DNA of 64,000 nt from Leucoraja ocellata (Eukaryota): NCBI GenBank assembly GCA_036785375.1, contig JAWMAR010000028.1, positions 6,696,001-6,760,000 on the forward strand. Direction: 5' to 3'. Positions 37,295 to 48,916 of this stretch are shown here, in pieces. Position 1 is the first letter of the stretch. Every line of letters starts with the position of its first letter. A model generated the notes under the pieces. It was not told the origin of the DNA. It did not search any database and worked only from the letters and a program-made list of their open reading frames with translations. The position numbers and the translations under genes are program-made.

Positions 37295-38470
37295 CTATTG
37301 GGTAGGAAGTGAATGACGGAGTGGCCTGGTGGGTAGTTTGTGAGGTGCTGCACCAATTTCTAAATAGACAAGGCTTTTATGTACCCCTGATGTTTGCCTC
37401 AGAGAATTCTCATTGCCATTCCAAATGCATCTCCTCCTGTTTGAGACATCATGGGCCAGAGGTCTCCAGCAGTCAGTGGGGATAGTAGACCTCCTTAAGG
37501 AGGTTTTGAGCATATCCTTCAATCTATTTCTCTGTCTGGTATCTTGTCACAGTTCTTGAAATAGAATGTACACAAAAATGCTGGAGAAACTCAGCGTGTG
37601 CAGCAGCATCTGTGGAGCGAAGGAAATAGGCAACGTTTCGGGCCGAAACCCTTCTTCAGACTCTCCTCTCTCTTGAAATAGAATGACTGTTTCAGGCACA
37701 CAAATGATGTGACCTGCCCAACATAACCAACTGAGTGTATCGAGGGTCTCAATGGTTTGGATCTAGATTGGAGAGTATAGTGACACTGGTTTTCTTATCC
37801 TTTAAGATTTATGATTTGGAGATAGTGTTGGTGACATTTCTCCCGACCTTCCAATCTACCTCATTGCGGCACTTGCACTTTTTATTGGCACTTTTTGTGT
37901 AGTTATAATGCTATAATCTGCACTGTTTCTCTTTTAACACCAGCTATTATTCCCAAGAAATGGTATGATTGCACTTGGTATGATTATGAATAGTGAATAG
38001 TTTTTTATGGTTTCTCATACAGGTGACAATCATAAATCACTACCAATACCAACATGATTGCTTCAGTAGTGCAAGTCTCAGAAGCATATACAAGGCAGCG
38101 ATCACTGCTACAGATTACTGATACTTTTAGATTCTGTGCCAGGTCTCGATCTTCAAATACCTTTTTTATTAGTCTACTTTGTGCTGACACATTGGTGGGA
38201 TGAATTTCATTATTGATATCTGCCTTCACTGAGTGGTTGCTCTTAAGATATGGGAATTGGTTCGCCCTTTCTAGTATCATTGTGAAGCTTCATTGTTGTA
38301 TGTTTGATGTGGTGACGGGGGTGTTGGGATAGGGAGAGTTTGCAATTTGGTAGAGAACTTTCATCTTGTGGATGCTGTGTATAATCCCATCCTCTCATGT
38401 CTTCTGATGAATGGGTCAAAGATGTGGGTGCTCAGCCTCTGATCTGGCACAAAAACAAGCCCCATCTGCT
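37295..38470 (-). mobile_element. Degraded RTE LINE 3' portion
   Basis: KDMLKTSLRRSTIPTDCWRPLAHD, FPYLKSNHS.KADI..EIH, KKVFEDRDL, LVYASET motifs. Confidence 0.7.
37569..37670 (-). ncRNA. Short Penelope-derived hammerhead unit with perfect 15-bp TSD
   Basis: Minus-strand CTGAAGAAGGGTTTCGGCCCGAAACGTT core. TCTTGAAATAGAATG at 37554-37568 and 37671-37685. Confidence 0.7.
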
Positions 38471-38614
38471 TTTTGCTGCAGTTCTAAATGATTAGCATAC
38501 ACTCAATGAAACATTTAGCTTATTTTATTCGAAGAATTTGCTAAATGGAATTTCAATTGCAAAATTAATCTGAATGCTTTTGCTGTTCTAGTAGCTGTTT
38601 TCTTAGTGCTGTGG

Positions 38615-38900
38615 CATGGTGGTCATATGGCATTTAAAATTCTGTGAACTTCAGTTCAAATCCCCAGGTGGTAGCTGGGGACTTAATATTGGTTAATTAA
38701 ATGAAAATCTGGAATGAAAAAAGCTACTATGAAACTAATTTGTTACTAATTTACTTTCAAGAAGGAAATCTTCATGCTTATCTGAATATTCTTTACGTGT
38801 CTCTCGTTATGGAGCAATGAAGTTGATTCCTAACGGTACTCTGAAATGGACCAACAAGGCAGTTAATTCAAGGATTATAAGAAATGGCCTTGTCAAAAAT
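38615..38900 (+). mobile_element. Old SINE-like fragment
   Basis: GTTCAAATCCC B-box-like motif and AAATCTGGAAT..GGAAATCT..CTCTGAAATGG blocks resembling chondrichthyan SINE bodies. Confidence 0.35.
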
Positions 38901-39164
38901 GACTTGAAAGAGGTGGTTAAGTCTGGCATTTGAGTTCCAGAGAGCCACTCCGATTGATTAATTTCTATGATCTACATTGAAGGTGATTATTTTCAAATAT
39001 TGTGGTCTCAGAAATGTAACAATAATTATGAAATACAGTATACATATGAGTTCTCCATATAATTCATTCTTGTTTCATTTTCAGACATTGTTTTGTGCAG
39101 CTTCCCTGGACCAAATAAAATTGTCAAAGCAATAAGAATCTTCTGCATCAATTTAAATGTCTGT

Positions 39165-39642
39165 TTGCCACCATCTGCCCCCCCCCCCCCCCCCCCCCCC
39201 ATATCTCACTGACCTCCTCGCCCCCTACCAATCCTCACGGTCCCTCAGATCTACATCAGCCGGTCTCCTCTCCATCCACAAGCCCAACCTCTGCAGTTTT
39301 GGGGACAGAGCCTTCTCCAGGGCAGCTCCCAGGCTCTGGAACTCCCTCCCCCAACTGATCCGCAATTATGTGTCCCTCACCGTCTTCCAGTCCCGCCTCA
39401 AGACTCATCTCTTCACCTCTGCCTATCCTTAGCCCCACGTCCCCCTCCCTTTTTATCTGTGCATTAATTGCCTCATATTGTGTTTTGTATTGAATTCTGT
39501 CTTTACTTTGTGTACTAGTCATGTCTCTACTATTTATTTCATTCCCCTTACATGTTTTTCCTCTACCTGCTAAATTTTTGGAAGGTGTCCTTGAGACTCT
39601 TGAAAGGCGCCCATAAATAAAATTTATTATTGTTATTATTAT
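39165..39642 (+). mobile_element. L2 LINE 3' end
   Basis: YLTDLL..RSLRS..GDRAFSRAAPRLWNSLP..FQSRLKTHLF, then AAGGCGC..ATAAATAAA and (TAT)n tail. Confidence 0.9.
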
Positions 39643-39931
39643 TAAAACTTGTTTTCACTGTCAAGGTTAATAGACAAAAAACGAGAAGCAATGCATACAT
39701 AATGCTTGTCAATTATTACAACAATTGCATGGTTGCTTTGCAATGCTGGGACTATAAAATTGCAGATACAAATTCTCAAACCACTTTACGAAGGAAATGG
39801 TATTCCATTATTTTCAGTTTATCTAAGAAACAAAATCTAATAGAAAATAGATAATGTAGCTTTTTTTTTAATGTGTATTTCAATTCTCTTATTCAGAAAA
39901 TATTTTTTTTCTCAGTTTATATATCTATGTT

Positions 39932-40545
39932 TCATAGAAACATAGAAAATAGGTGCAGGAGTAGGCCATTCGGCCCTTCGAGCCTGCACCACCATTCAAT
40001 ATGATCATGGCTGATCATCCAACTCAGATTTTCGTTTCCGTTGCAGCTTCACCATGTTGTGCAAGTAATTGACCTCAATGAATCAGAATTTTCTTGGAAA
40101 GAGAGTCATGGCACCAATGACGCATTGATGTACAAGTAGAGTTTAGAAGGATGAGGGGGAATCTTATAGAAACATATAAAATTGTAAAAGGACTGGACGA
40201 GCTAGATGCAGGAAAAATGGTCCCAATGTTGGGCGAGTCCAGAAGCAGGGGCCACAGTCTTAGAATAAAGGGGAGTCCATTTAAGCCTGAGGTGAGAAAA
40301 ACGTTTTCACCCAGAGAGTTGTGAATTTGTGGAATTCCCTGCCACAGAGGGCAGTGGAGGCCAAATCACTGGATGGATTTAAGAGAGAGTTAGATAGAGC
40401 TCTAGGGGCTAGTGGAATCAAGGGATATGGGGAGAAGGCAGGCACGGGTTATTGATTGGGGACGATCAGCCATGATCACGATGAATGGCAGTGCTGGCTT
40501 GAATGGCCGAATGGCCTCCTCCTGCACGTATTTTCTATGTAACAT
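39932..40545. mobile_element. CR1 3' fragments (minus 39932-40028; plus 40138-40545)
   Basis: RRMRGNLIETYK, FTQRVVNLWNSLP motifs and CR1 3' UTR GGCCGAATGGCCT. Confidence 0.85.
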
Positions 40546-41194
40546 GGAATCACATCTTTCATCCCCCACCTTATCCTAGGATTAATCCATTAGATTCCTA
40601 TATATTTTCCAGCATTTGGGCTTTAGACTTCTACACCTTGGTGTTCAAGTGATTACCTATATACATCTAAAATCTTGTGCGTGTATTTGCCCTCCAGCAC
40701 TGTGTTTCTGATTTTAATAACACTGGGTGAAGTAGTTCTTCTTTAGGTTTCCTCTTAAATTTTTACTTTCTTTGTAAAACTACGTTTTCCCTTTGGTCAT
40801 AGACTCTACTAAAGGGAAAGAGTCTATACTATCTAGGTCCCAACTAATGTTGTAAACTTCAATCAAATCCGCAGCCTTTTCTGCTCCAAGGAAAACAAAA
40901 CCAATCTTTCCAGTCTCTTGATATAGCTGAAAAGCTCTATTCTAATTTCCCAGTAAATCACCTCTACTCTCTCAAATACAACCATGACCTTTCCATAGCA
41001 TAGTAATCTGAGCTGCCTACAGAACTCCAATTATGACCCAAACAATGATATATATAATTGTATCATATTCTCCCTGCTTTTCTATTTTATTTCCTGGCTA
41101 ACTAATTTAAATATCCTGTATTCCCTCTTAAACACCTTATTTGCCTGTGCAGCTGCCTTCAAGGATTCTTGGTATTGGCCTATCAACGCTATTC

Positions 41195-41470
41195 CTCACG
41201 GTGGCGCAGAGGTAGAGTTGCTGCATTACAGCGCTTGCAGCGGCAGAGACCCAGGTACGATCCTGAATACGGGTGCTGTCTGTATGGAGCTTGTACGTTC
41301 TCCCAGTGACCTGCGTGGGTTTTCACCGAGATCTTCGGTTTCCTCCCACACCAAAGACGTGCAGGTTTGTAGGTTAATTGGCTTGTGTGTAGGATGGTGT
41401 TAGTGTGTGGGGATTGCTGGTTGGCAGGGACCCAGTGGGCCGAAGGGCACTGTATCTCTAAGCTAAACTA
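41195..41470 (+). mobile_element. tRNA-derived V-SINE (HE1-like)
   Basis: A box GGTGGCGCAGAGG, B box GGTACGATCC, V-domain GTATGGAGCTTGTACGTTCTCCC..GGTTTCCTCCCACA, (CTAAA)-type tail. Confidence 0.85.
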
Positions 41471-42369
41471 ATTGTTTACCTTAATTCAAATAATTAAATC
41501 AATTAACACCGGTTACACTCACCACCCTTTAATTAAATGGCTTATCCTTGCTGCCCTTCTTGAATAAATTGCTATCCTCCACTCATCTGGCATTTCTTCT
41601 AAAGACTGATTAAGATTTGAAAATTCCTGTTAGAGTTCCAGCCATCTCCTCTTTTGCCTTTCATGCATCTCATCAGGCCCTGGAGATGAATCCACCTTTA
41701 AACTTATTAAGACATTAAATGCCCGTTCTTTTTCAAAGGTATGGTAATTTGCTTTTGAATTCCGCAGTCCCCCTCCCAGAATTGTCCTACTACAATGTCT
41801 TTCTCCATAATGAATATATAATGCCTGCCAAAATTACTTTAAAAAATGTTCAATGAAAACATGTTCAAAATATGAACTCAGCATATTACTAGACTGCTGG
41901 ACTCGATTTTTTGCTCAGAATGCGAGAGAGGAATTTTAACCTTATGATCTCTGACCAGTGTGTTATCAATGGAACTTTGCACTTAACTCCAATGACTTCC
42001 AACGTATGTGTTCTATTTGTTTATATTTATATAAACTTTATATTTCAGGGAGTTTATGGAATTTTTATGGAATAGATTTTTAGCAATCATCTGATGAAAG
42101 TGAATCGATCTGAAAAGTTAATTCTGCTTCCCTTCATAGATGCTGCCTGATCTGCTTTTTTGTATCTAAAATGTTTTACTTTTCCATCAAATTACCAGTA
42201 TCTGTAATTTTTGGATCAAAGGTGTTTGTTTCCGAGTAAATATCCAAGCCTTTGGATTATTTTTATTTCCCCCCCAAAAAAAACAATAATACATTGTCTG
42301 CTATTCCAGTGCTGGTAGTGTAACATTTAACATTAAATTTCTCGAGAAACAATTTTCTTGATTTTACAT

Positions 42370-42570
42370 TAGTTTATTTAATTTAGAGATATAGCATGGG
42401 CCCTTTGGACTACTGAGTCCGCGCAGATCAGCAATCACCCTGTACACTAGCTCTATCCTACACGCTAGGGACAATTTACCAATTTACATAAGCCAGTTAA
42501 CCTACAAACCCGTACGTCCTCAGAGTGTGGGCGGAAACCGGAGCACCAGGAGAAAACCCACGTGGTCATA
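42370..42570 (-). mobile_element. V-SINE fragment (another at ~43605-43735)
   Basis: Reverse complement of the SINE body and tail at 41300-41470. Confidence 0.7.
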
Positions 42571-43159
42571 GAGTTATTACTTTTGCAATGTGTAAGCTTT
42601 GGTTGATAATATATAACGTTGCAACATGTTACTTGCCCATGTCAAAGTAAATGTACACATATGCCATCTCCTACCTCGGCTTGAACACCTCTCAAGTTTT
42701 CCTTAAAATATTCTACCACAGGTAACAATTTTTACAAGACTTTTTCTCAAGGTATATAATTATACCATCTATTATAATTTAAGATACTATACAATATATC
42801 ACAGTTGTAACTGTCTAAAATGTCATAACTTACGCAGTAAGATTGTTCAACACTAGATATATGGATGCAGTGAAATGAGTAAATAGAGATGATTAAACAG
42901 ATTCTTGCGGGAAGGCAATTACAAATTTTTGATCCCTAAAGATTGTCAGTCCCCTATTTCAACAGGAGAGGGAGCAGTGACAAAACAATTCAGTCAGATT
43001 GGACCGGTGTGCAAATGAAGGTACAGCTACTGCTGACCTTTCAACTGACAAGAGCTAATGTGATCAAATTTAAGTAGATGTTAATTAATTCAAGTAAAAA
43101 ATAAGTCATTTTATTTTTGCAATGTTGCAACTATGAAAAATGAAGTTACATTCATCATT

Positions 43160-43400
43160 TTGAAAGGAACCAGCGTGTGCTGAATAATACCATGGATTAA
43201 AGAACAATTGATGGATGGGGAGAGTGCAGGAAACACAGTGCTTGCTGATTACAATGACGTGTATGGGTTCTTTAGTGCTGTTGAAGCCACCCATGGTACA
43301 AACACCCAAGAACCCACCCTACTAAGAGCTAAGAAATGGGGATGAACTCCTCAGGACAGAGAAGTAGTTTTTTCCCCCCTGAAATGAACATTTTGTAGAC
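43160..43400 (+). mobile_element. RTE fragment
   Basis: LADYNDVYGFFSAVEATHG..PTLL matches the RTE region upstream of RT. Confidence 0.55.
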
Positions 43401-43887
43401 CTCATCAAAAGTATGTTTGTTTGTGGCCACTTCTCCACAAGGATGGAGATCAGGCAGGGAGAGTAAATATCCAACTCTTTTCAATGTTTTCAATTCCCCC
43501 CCCCCCCCAAAAAAAAGCATTAATTAATTGTACGCTAGTATAATTGTATTCCTGTGGTGTTATGTTTAATATGAAATTTCTCTAGAAGCTAATTTCTTAA
43601 TTTTACATTAGTTTACTTTAGAGATACAAACGTGGACCCTTTGGCCTACTGAGTCTGCACCGATGAGTGATCACCCTGTACAATAGCACTATCCCACACA
43701 CTAGGGATAATTTACAATTTTACAGAAGCTGATTATTGTGGAGACAGTGTTGTCTTCATAATATCTTCAAATTCACTGAAAGAATAAAATGAACCAATGT
43801 CTGCATTGAAGTCCTATTTATTTTCAGTCAGCCGCTTTGAGCAGACTACATCACTCAAATGTCCAACGCCAGACTTTAAAACAGGTA

Positions 43888-45458
43888 CAGGTGCACAACC
43901 TTTTATCCGAAGATCCAAATAACGAAAACCTCAGAATAGCGGACATTTTTTCAGTCCTTGAAGAAAGGTCCTTGAAAACGTTCACCGAGGGCGGCCCGCA
44001 GAGGTGACAGCGGAACCTCCGGTCGGTCCTCGAAGAAAGGGGAACTAAATCCCCATTCATAAAAGAGGTGAGGGTATATTGCGCGGGAGGGTTAATAATT
44101 GACAATATGCTGCTGTCTGCCCGCTGAGTTAAAAAGTTCCCACGGTAGACTCACGATACACAGTGTATCGTGAGTCTTGCATGGGAACTTTTTAACTCAG
44201 CGGGCAGGGAGCTGCAGATTGTCGCTCCCTTCAGTTTCACCCCACCTACACCCCTCTGCTTCCCGGCCATGTGTGTGACCCCTTCCCTCCCCTCTCCAGC
44301 TCCCCGCCCATTGCACCGGCGTGGGGGCTTTGCACTGTCTTCATGTCGGCGATGCCAGCATACAATGCCAGTCACCGGAGACGTCAGGACCAACGGGACA
44401 CCGACCCCCCAGGCCCACTGCAAGCACGGAGATCCCAGAGACCCACAGCCAGCAGCAGCCCAGCCCCGTTCCAACTCCAGAGGAAATCTGCAAACTAGCG
44501 GGAGACATCAGGACCACCAGAAGCTGCTCCCCGATGGGCCGCTACGGCGACAAGTGGCAGTTCGCCCACAGCCCGAGCTGTGCCCCCTCATCAGGACACC
44601 GACCCCCAGGCCCACTGCAAGCACGGAGATCCCAGATCAGCAACTCCAGCCCAGCCCCGCTCCAACTCCAGAGGAACACGCTCACCGTAGGGGCAGAAGC
44701 TGATGGTGTGCAAGGTACGTCTTGTTCTTGGGGTCGCGCAGCTCGGGCTGTGGGCGAACTGCCACTTGTCGCCGTAGCGGCCCATCGGGGAGCGGATTCC
44801 TCTGGAGTTGGAGGGGGAGGGGAGTATTGTGCTGTTTGATCGCCCCCCTGCTATCCCAGGGACGGAGACAGGACGTTCACCGAGGGCGGCCCGCAGAGGT
44901 GACAGCGGAACCTCCAGTCGGTCCTGGAAGAAAGGGGAACTAAATCCCCTTCATAAAAGAGAAGTGGAGGGTATATTGCCCGGGAAGGTATATCGCCTAC
45001 CTGGAAGAAACCGGACATTTTTTCCAGGATGTCGTCTGCACACCAAAGCTCACGTTTAGTGCCAAATGCACGTCGCCTCTGCTGCACACAGATATAATAG
45101 TGTGAAAATGTCACCTTAGGCCGCCTAAGGGCATGTAGCCCCGTTAGGGTGACATGAGTGCGAGAGGTGATTCAATGCTGCGGTCGCATTTACAAATTCA
45201 GGAATTCATTCAACACACTACATTTCATACAGACATTTATTCTGCAAGAAAAAACTACATTGAAGACTCAAACTCGCGACTGAGGAACTGCCGGGATCAA
45301 GGCGCAAACTCGCGACCTTGCGGATATGAGCCGAGCACTCTACCACTGAGCCAGCCATTAAAATCTACGCTAAAAAAATTCCATTCCGAACGCCGACAAA
45401 TTCCAAATTACGAAAAGTGTCTGGTCCCAAGGCTGTCGGATAAAAGGTTGTGCACCTG
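43888..45458. mobile_element. Tc1/mariner-type (TA TSD) composite non-autonomous element
   Basis: TIRs CAGGTGCACAACCTTTTATCCGA / TCGGATAAAAGGTTGTGCACCTG flanked by TA (43886-87, 45459-60). No transposase. Confidence 0.9.
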
Positions 45459-45886
45459 TACTCCATTCTGAGTTTTCTGATGGAAAGAGATTACCAGGAG
45501 TACAGAGAGAGAAAAATCGAGAATATGCACAAAGTTTCCTTGAAGAAATACAAAATTATCGTTGACTGCTGGGAATCTGTGCATCATGACGGCTTAAAGT
45601 CAAGTAGATGATTATTGAGATCACAAGACTATGCATCAAAGATCGACACAAAATACTGTCTGAAGAAGTAGGCTGTGGGCCGAGGAGCTTTATTCTACAG
45701 TTTCGTGACCCAAGTCACCAAACTACATGAAATTTTCCCATATTGTGTAAAAGAATTATATAAATCACCCCTGAAACTCGTCATGAACAAAACTTGCACA
45801 TTTTTATTAAATTAGAGAAAAACCGGAAAATTTTAGAGTAATTTTTAGTCCAATCAAAGTACGTTTAACATTGAGTTGTCTGCCAG

Positions 45887-47920
45887 TTGGCCAATCGCGC
45901 GCTTTGTTTCAGACTAGCACACAACATAGCTGAGGGTGCCTCTACAGATGCCTGTTTTACTGGAGATTCCGATTTTTTCTGTGGAATACATGTCGTGGAA
46001 ACTTGCAGCAGGGTAATTGAATTTAGTGAGAAAAGCATTAAAAAGACTGAAGAATGTGCTGCTAAGTGGAAGAAAGCCTTGAAAGCAAAGTCGCTGCTGA
46101 GGTGCTGGAACACAAAGAAGACAGCCAGGAATCAACTCTAACTGAAAGGTAAGATCTAAAGTCTGAATTTATGAAAATCTATCTGTATGGAATTTAATTA
46201 ATTTAATTGCACCCTTTTATAATGTGAATAAATTCATTCATTCATTCATTCATTCATTCATTCATTCATTCATGAAGTTGAGGGCCTAAACTATATGCTT
46301 CCATAACACAGTCAATTAAACATTGTCACTAATGTCAGCTTGGTGTAGAGTAATAAGTCTTTAACAGCTAATCTCGGAGCTGCCTGCGATAACTTACCGG
46401 GAAAAAGTACTCCGATCGTGGGGCCTAGGTACTTGCGGTATAGTGAAGCCACGGTCTCAATTAAGAAGTGGCCGATTCGCGAACGCGGAGCCACGGATCA
46501 TCTCCGCTGGCGGGCGGGGGGGGGGGGGGGGAGGCTGTACATAGTGCCGTCTGTAGCGGCCGTTTTCAGACCCCGACCATGGGAGAAAAACGGAGGGATA
46601 TCGATCGCTATTTATAGGCTTCCATTGCAGTGAGAAATTGTCAGAAATGGTTGATGTTTCTGTAGAAATGAATTGGTGATATGTGAACTTGAACTAGTTT
46701 TTCTATGGTAGTAACCTATTGTTATTCTCATTAACATTCTTCTTGGTTTCTTGGTCCTCCAAAATATTCCAAATGGAATTTAAACTGGAGGTGGAATTTT
46801 ATTAAAATTAATTAACATTATTTATTAACAATTATTAATTAATTTATTAATTATTAGTAATTAACAAAATGTATTAACATTAAGAAGTTGAAAATGTATG
46901 AATTGAAGTCCATGCAGACTTAATGACTGAGATTTTTTTTTCTGTAGCCTCTACTTAAACTTGAAATAACTTATCAATTGTAGTAAATGACAGTGTAAGT
47001 CTCATTGACATTAAATAGAGGTTGACACTTTATGAATGGAAGTCCATGCAGACCTAGGTACTATGAGATGTTTCTTTCTCTAGCTATTCTGCACCCTCTA
47101 CTCCTGCACTTGAACGTAGTCTTATCTATGGCAGTAAATTACAGTGTAAGTCTCATTGACATTAAGAAGAGATTGACATTTTATGAATTGAAGTCCATGC
47201 AGACCTAAGTAATATGAGATTTATTTTTCTGCAGCTTCTGCCCCTCCACTCTTCAGAGCCTGTCCACACAAAAGTGTTTTGTGTGGACATTCACAGTGCT
47301 TTAATGAACACTAATTTGATAATTTGCAGACTTGCCATCCCATCTACCTGGACATGCATACATGTTTAATTTCCTCATTGATATGTCGATATTGTCTTAC
47401 ATAATATAAAACATGAAAAGGTGTAAAATACACCCTGACACATATTATCTTCTATTATTAGGAGGCAGCAGTGTATCCCGGGTTATCATGCAGAGTGCTA
47501 TAGTCACTTCACAACAATAATAAATCGAGCGATAGCAAAGTCTAGAAGGAAGAAAGGTAATGATAGGACTCAAACAACAAATCTTTTTACTTATGGTCAT
47601 ATGATGTTACTTTGAAAAATGAAAAGATATATTTGTGGATGTTGAATTATTTCACTTTTCATTCCTTTTCTGTTTTCTTTTTCCTCTTTCAATTGAGTTG
47701 AAGACGCTGAAAAGCCTGAAGCAGGTGAATCACCTCAAGAGGCAGTTCCTGATGGTGAAGCAGATGAGCCGGCCCCAAAGAGACTGCTTCGATCCACGAC
47801 AAGTCATAGTCAACAAACAGCAACTGTCAAGCACACTGACCGTAGGCATGTCCTACCAGCGCATTGCATCATTTGTAAAGGTTCAAAGTACACAAAAGAA
47901 ATTAATTGTGGAAAAAAATG
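45887..47920 (+). pseudogene. Spliced N-terminal part of Academ-like transposase (exons ~45887-46148, 47462-47556, 47698-~47900)
   Basis: GT-AG boundaries with matching phases (2, then 1). Motifs CGIH..FSEKS..ECAAKW, GYHAECYSHFT, KRLLRS..RHVLPAHCIICK. One frameshift near 46070. Confidence 0.7.
46890..47250. repeat. Three ~135-150 bp tandem repeats in the transposon intron
   Basis: TATGAAT(T/G)GAAGTCCATGCAGAC at ~46897, ~47031 and ~47182. Confidence 0.8.
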
Positions 47921-48034
47921 ATTATATAAAGTTTTATTTTAATGTGGATCGTTTCACTGTTTATTTGGTCAAATTATTTAAACAATGAGTGAATTACTTA
48001 TGATAATGGCGTGCTGGTGAATGAGTACGACAAT

Positions 48035-48292
48035 CCACCCACCGTTCCACACATACATACATACGCACATCCACACACACACATCCATCCATATGCACAC
48101 TTCCATGCATGCAAACACACACATACATGCACACATAAATCTGCACACACACACACACATCCACACATCCATTCACATGCAGACATACATGTACACATCC
48201 AAACATACATGCACACATACATCCATCCACACGTACATACACACTTACATCCACAGATACACGTTTGAAAGGCATACACAGACACACATACG
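48035..48292. repeat. Degenerate (CA)n/(CATA)n microsatellite
   Basis: Directly visible low-complexity tract. Confidence 0.9.
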
Positions 48293-48897
48293 AACTAGAG
48301 ATAAACAATGCAACACTTTTAGGGTTCTTTTAGGTCAAAGGTAATAGCCCTCATTTGCAAAGGCACCATCAGGGAGGAGGGGGGTCTATAACATAAATAT
48401 ACTGCCCCAGTCCCACTATGGCCGTTACCCCCACTCCCCACTTTGGCAGTCAGCGGGGTTCAGTAAATGAGGAAACCTAGAGGATCTGTCCTGACCCTTT
48501 AATTAGGCAGGTTCGTGAGCCCTTAAAACCTGGGACATCTGCTGTCTCATTTAATTTCCTATTAAAGCGACTGGAACATGCCTGCCTGGCACTGCCCCGG
48601 TACCACTATGGCTGTCACCCCCACTCTGCACACTGGCAGTCAGTGGGGTTCAGTAAAGGGAGGAACCCACAAGAACTGCCCTAACCCATTAATTAGGCTG
48701 GTTCAGGAGCAGGACCTCTGCGACAGTGTCATTAAAAAAACACACTCACAATCATATTATTTTTATATAATATAATTATACTTAATTATATATGATAACA
48801 TTCATATTAACAGGTTATATATTATATTGGTATAATAATATATAGTTTAAATGGACTGCAACACGGAAATAGGCTGCCCATGGTGTAATACGGGCAT

Positions 48898-48916
48898 TGG
48901 CCACTAGATGGCGCTT
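48898..48916 (+). promoter_or_regulatory. CTCF-like binding motif inside Academ-like subterminal region
   Basis: TGGCCACTAGATGGCGCTT matches the CTCF core CCASYAGRKGGCRS. Confidence 0.45.

Noticed and set aside
41195-41275. Functional tRNA gene
   Set aside because: A/B boxes continue into a V-SINE body and there is no complete cloverleaf.
44151-45114. Multiple overlapping GC-rich ORFs as a transposase
   Set aside because: No DDE/D or HTH motifs; explained by GC content and internal repeats.
46890-47250. CRISPR-like repeat array
   Set aside because: The whole ~140-bp unit is repeated, spacers are not unique, there are no cas genes, and the context is a eukaryotic transposon intron.
47978-48344. 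His/Thr- and Cys/Val-rich ORFs
   Set aside because: Microsatellite translations.
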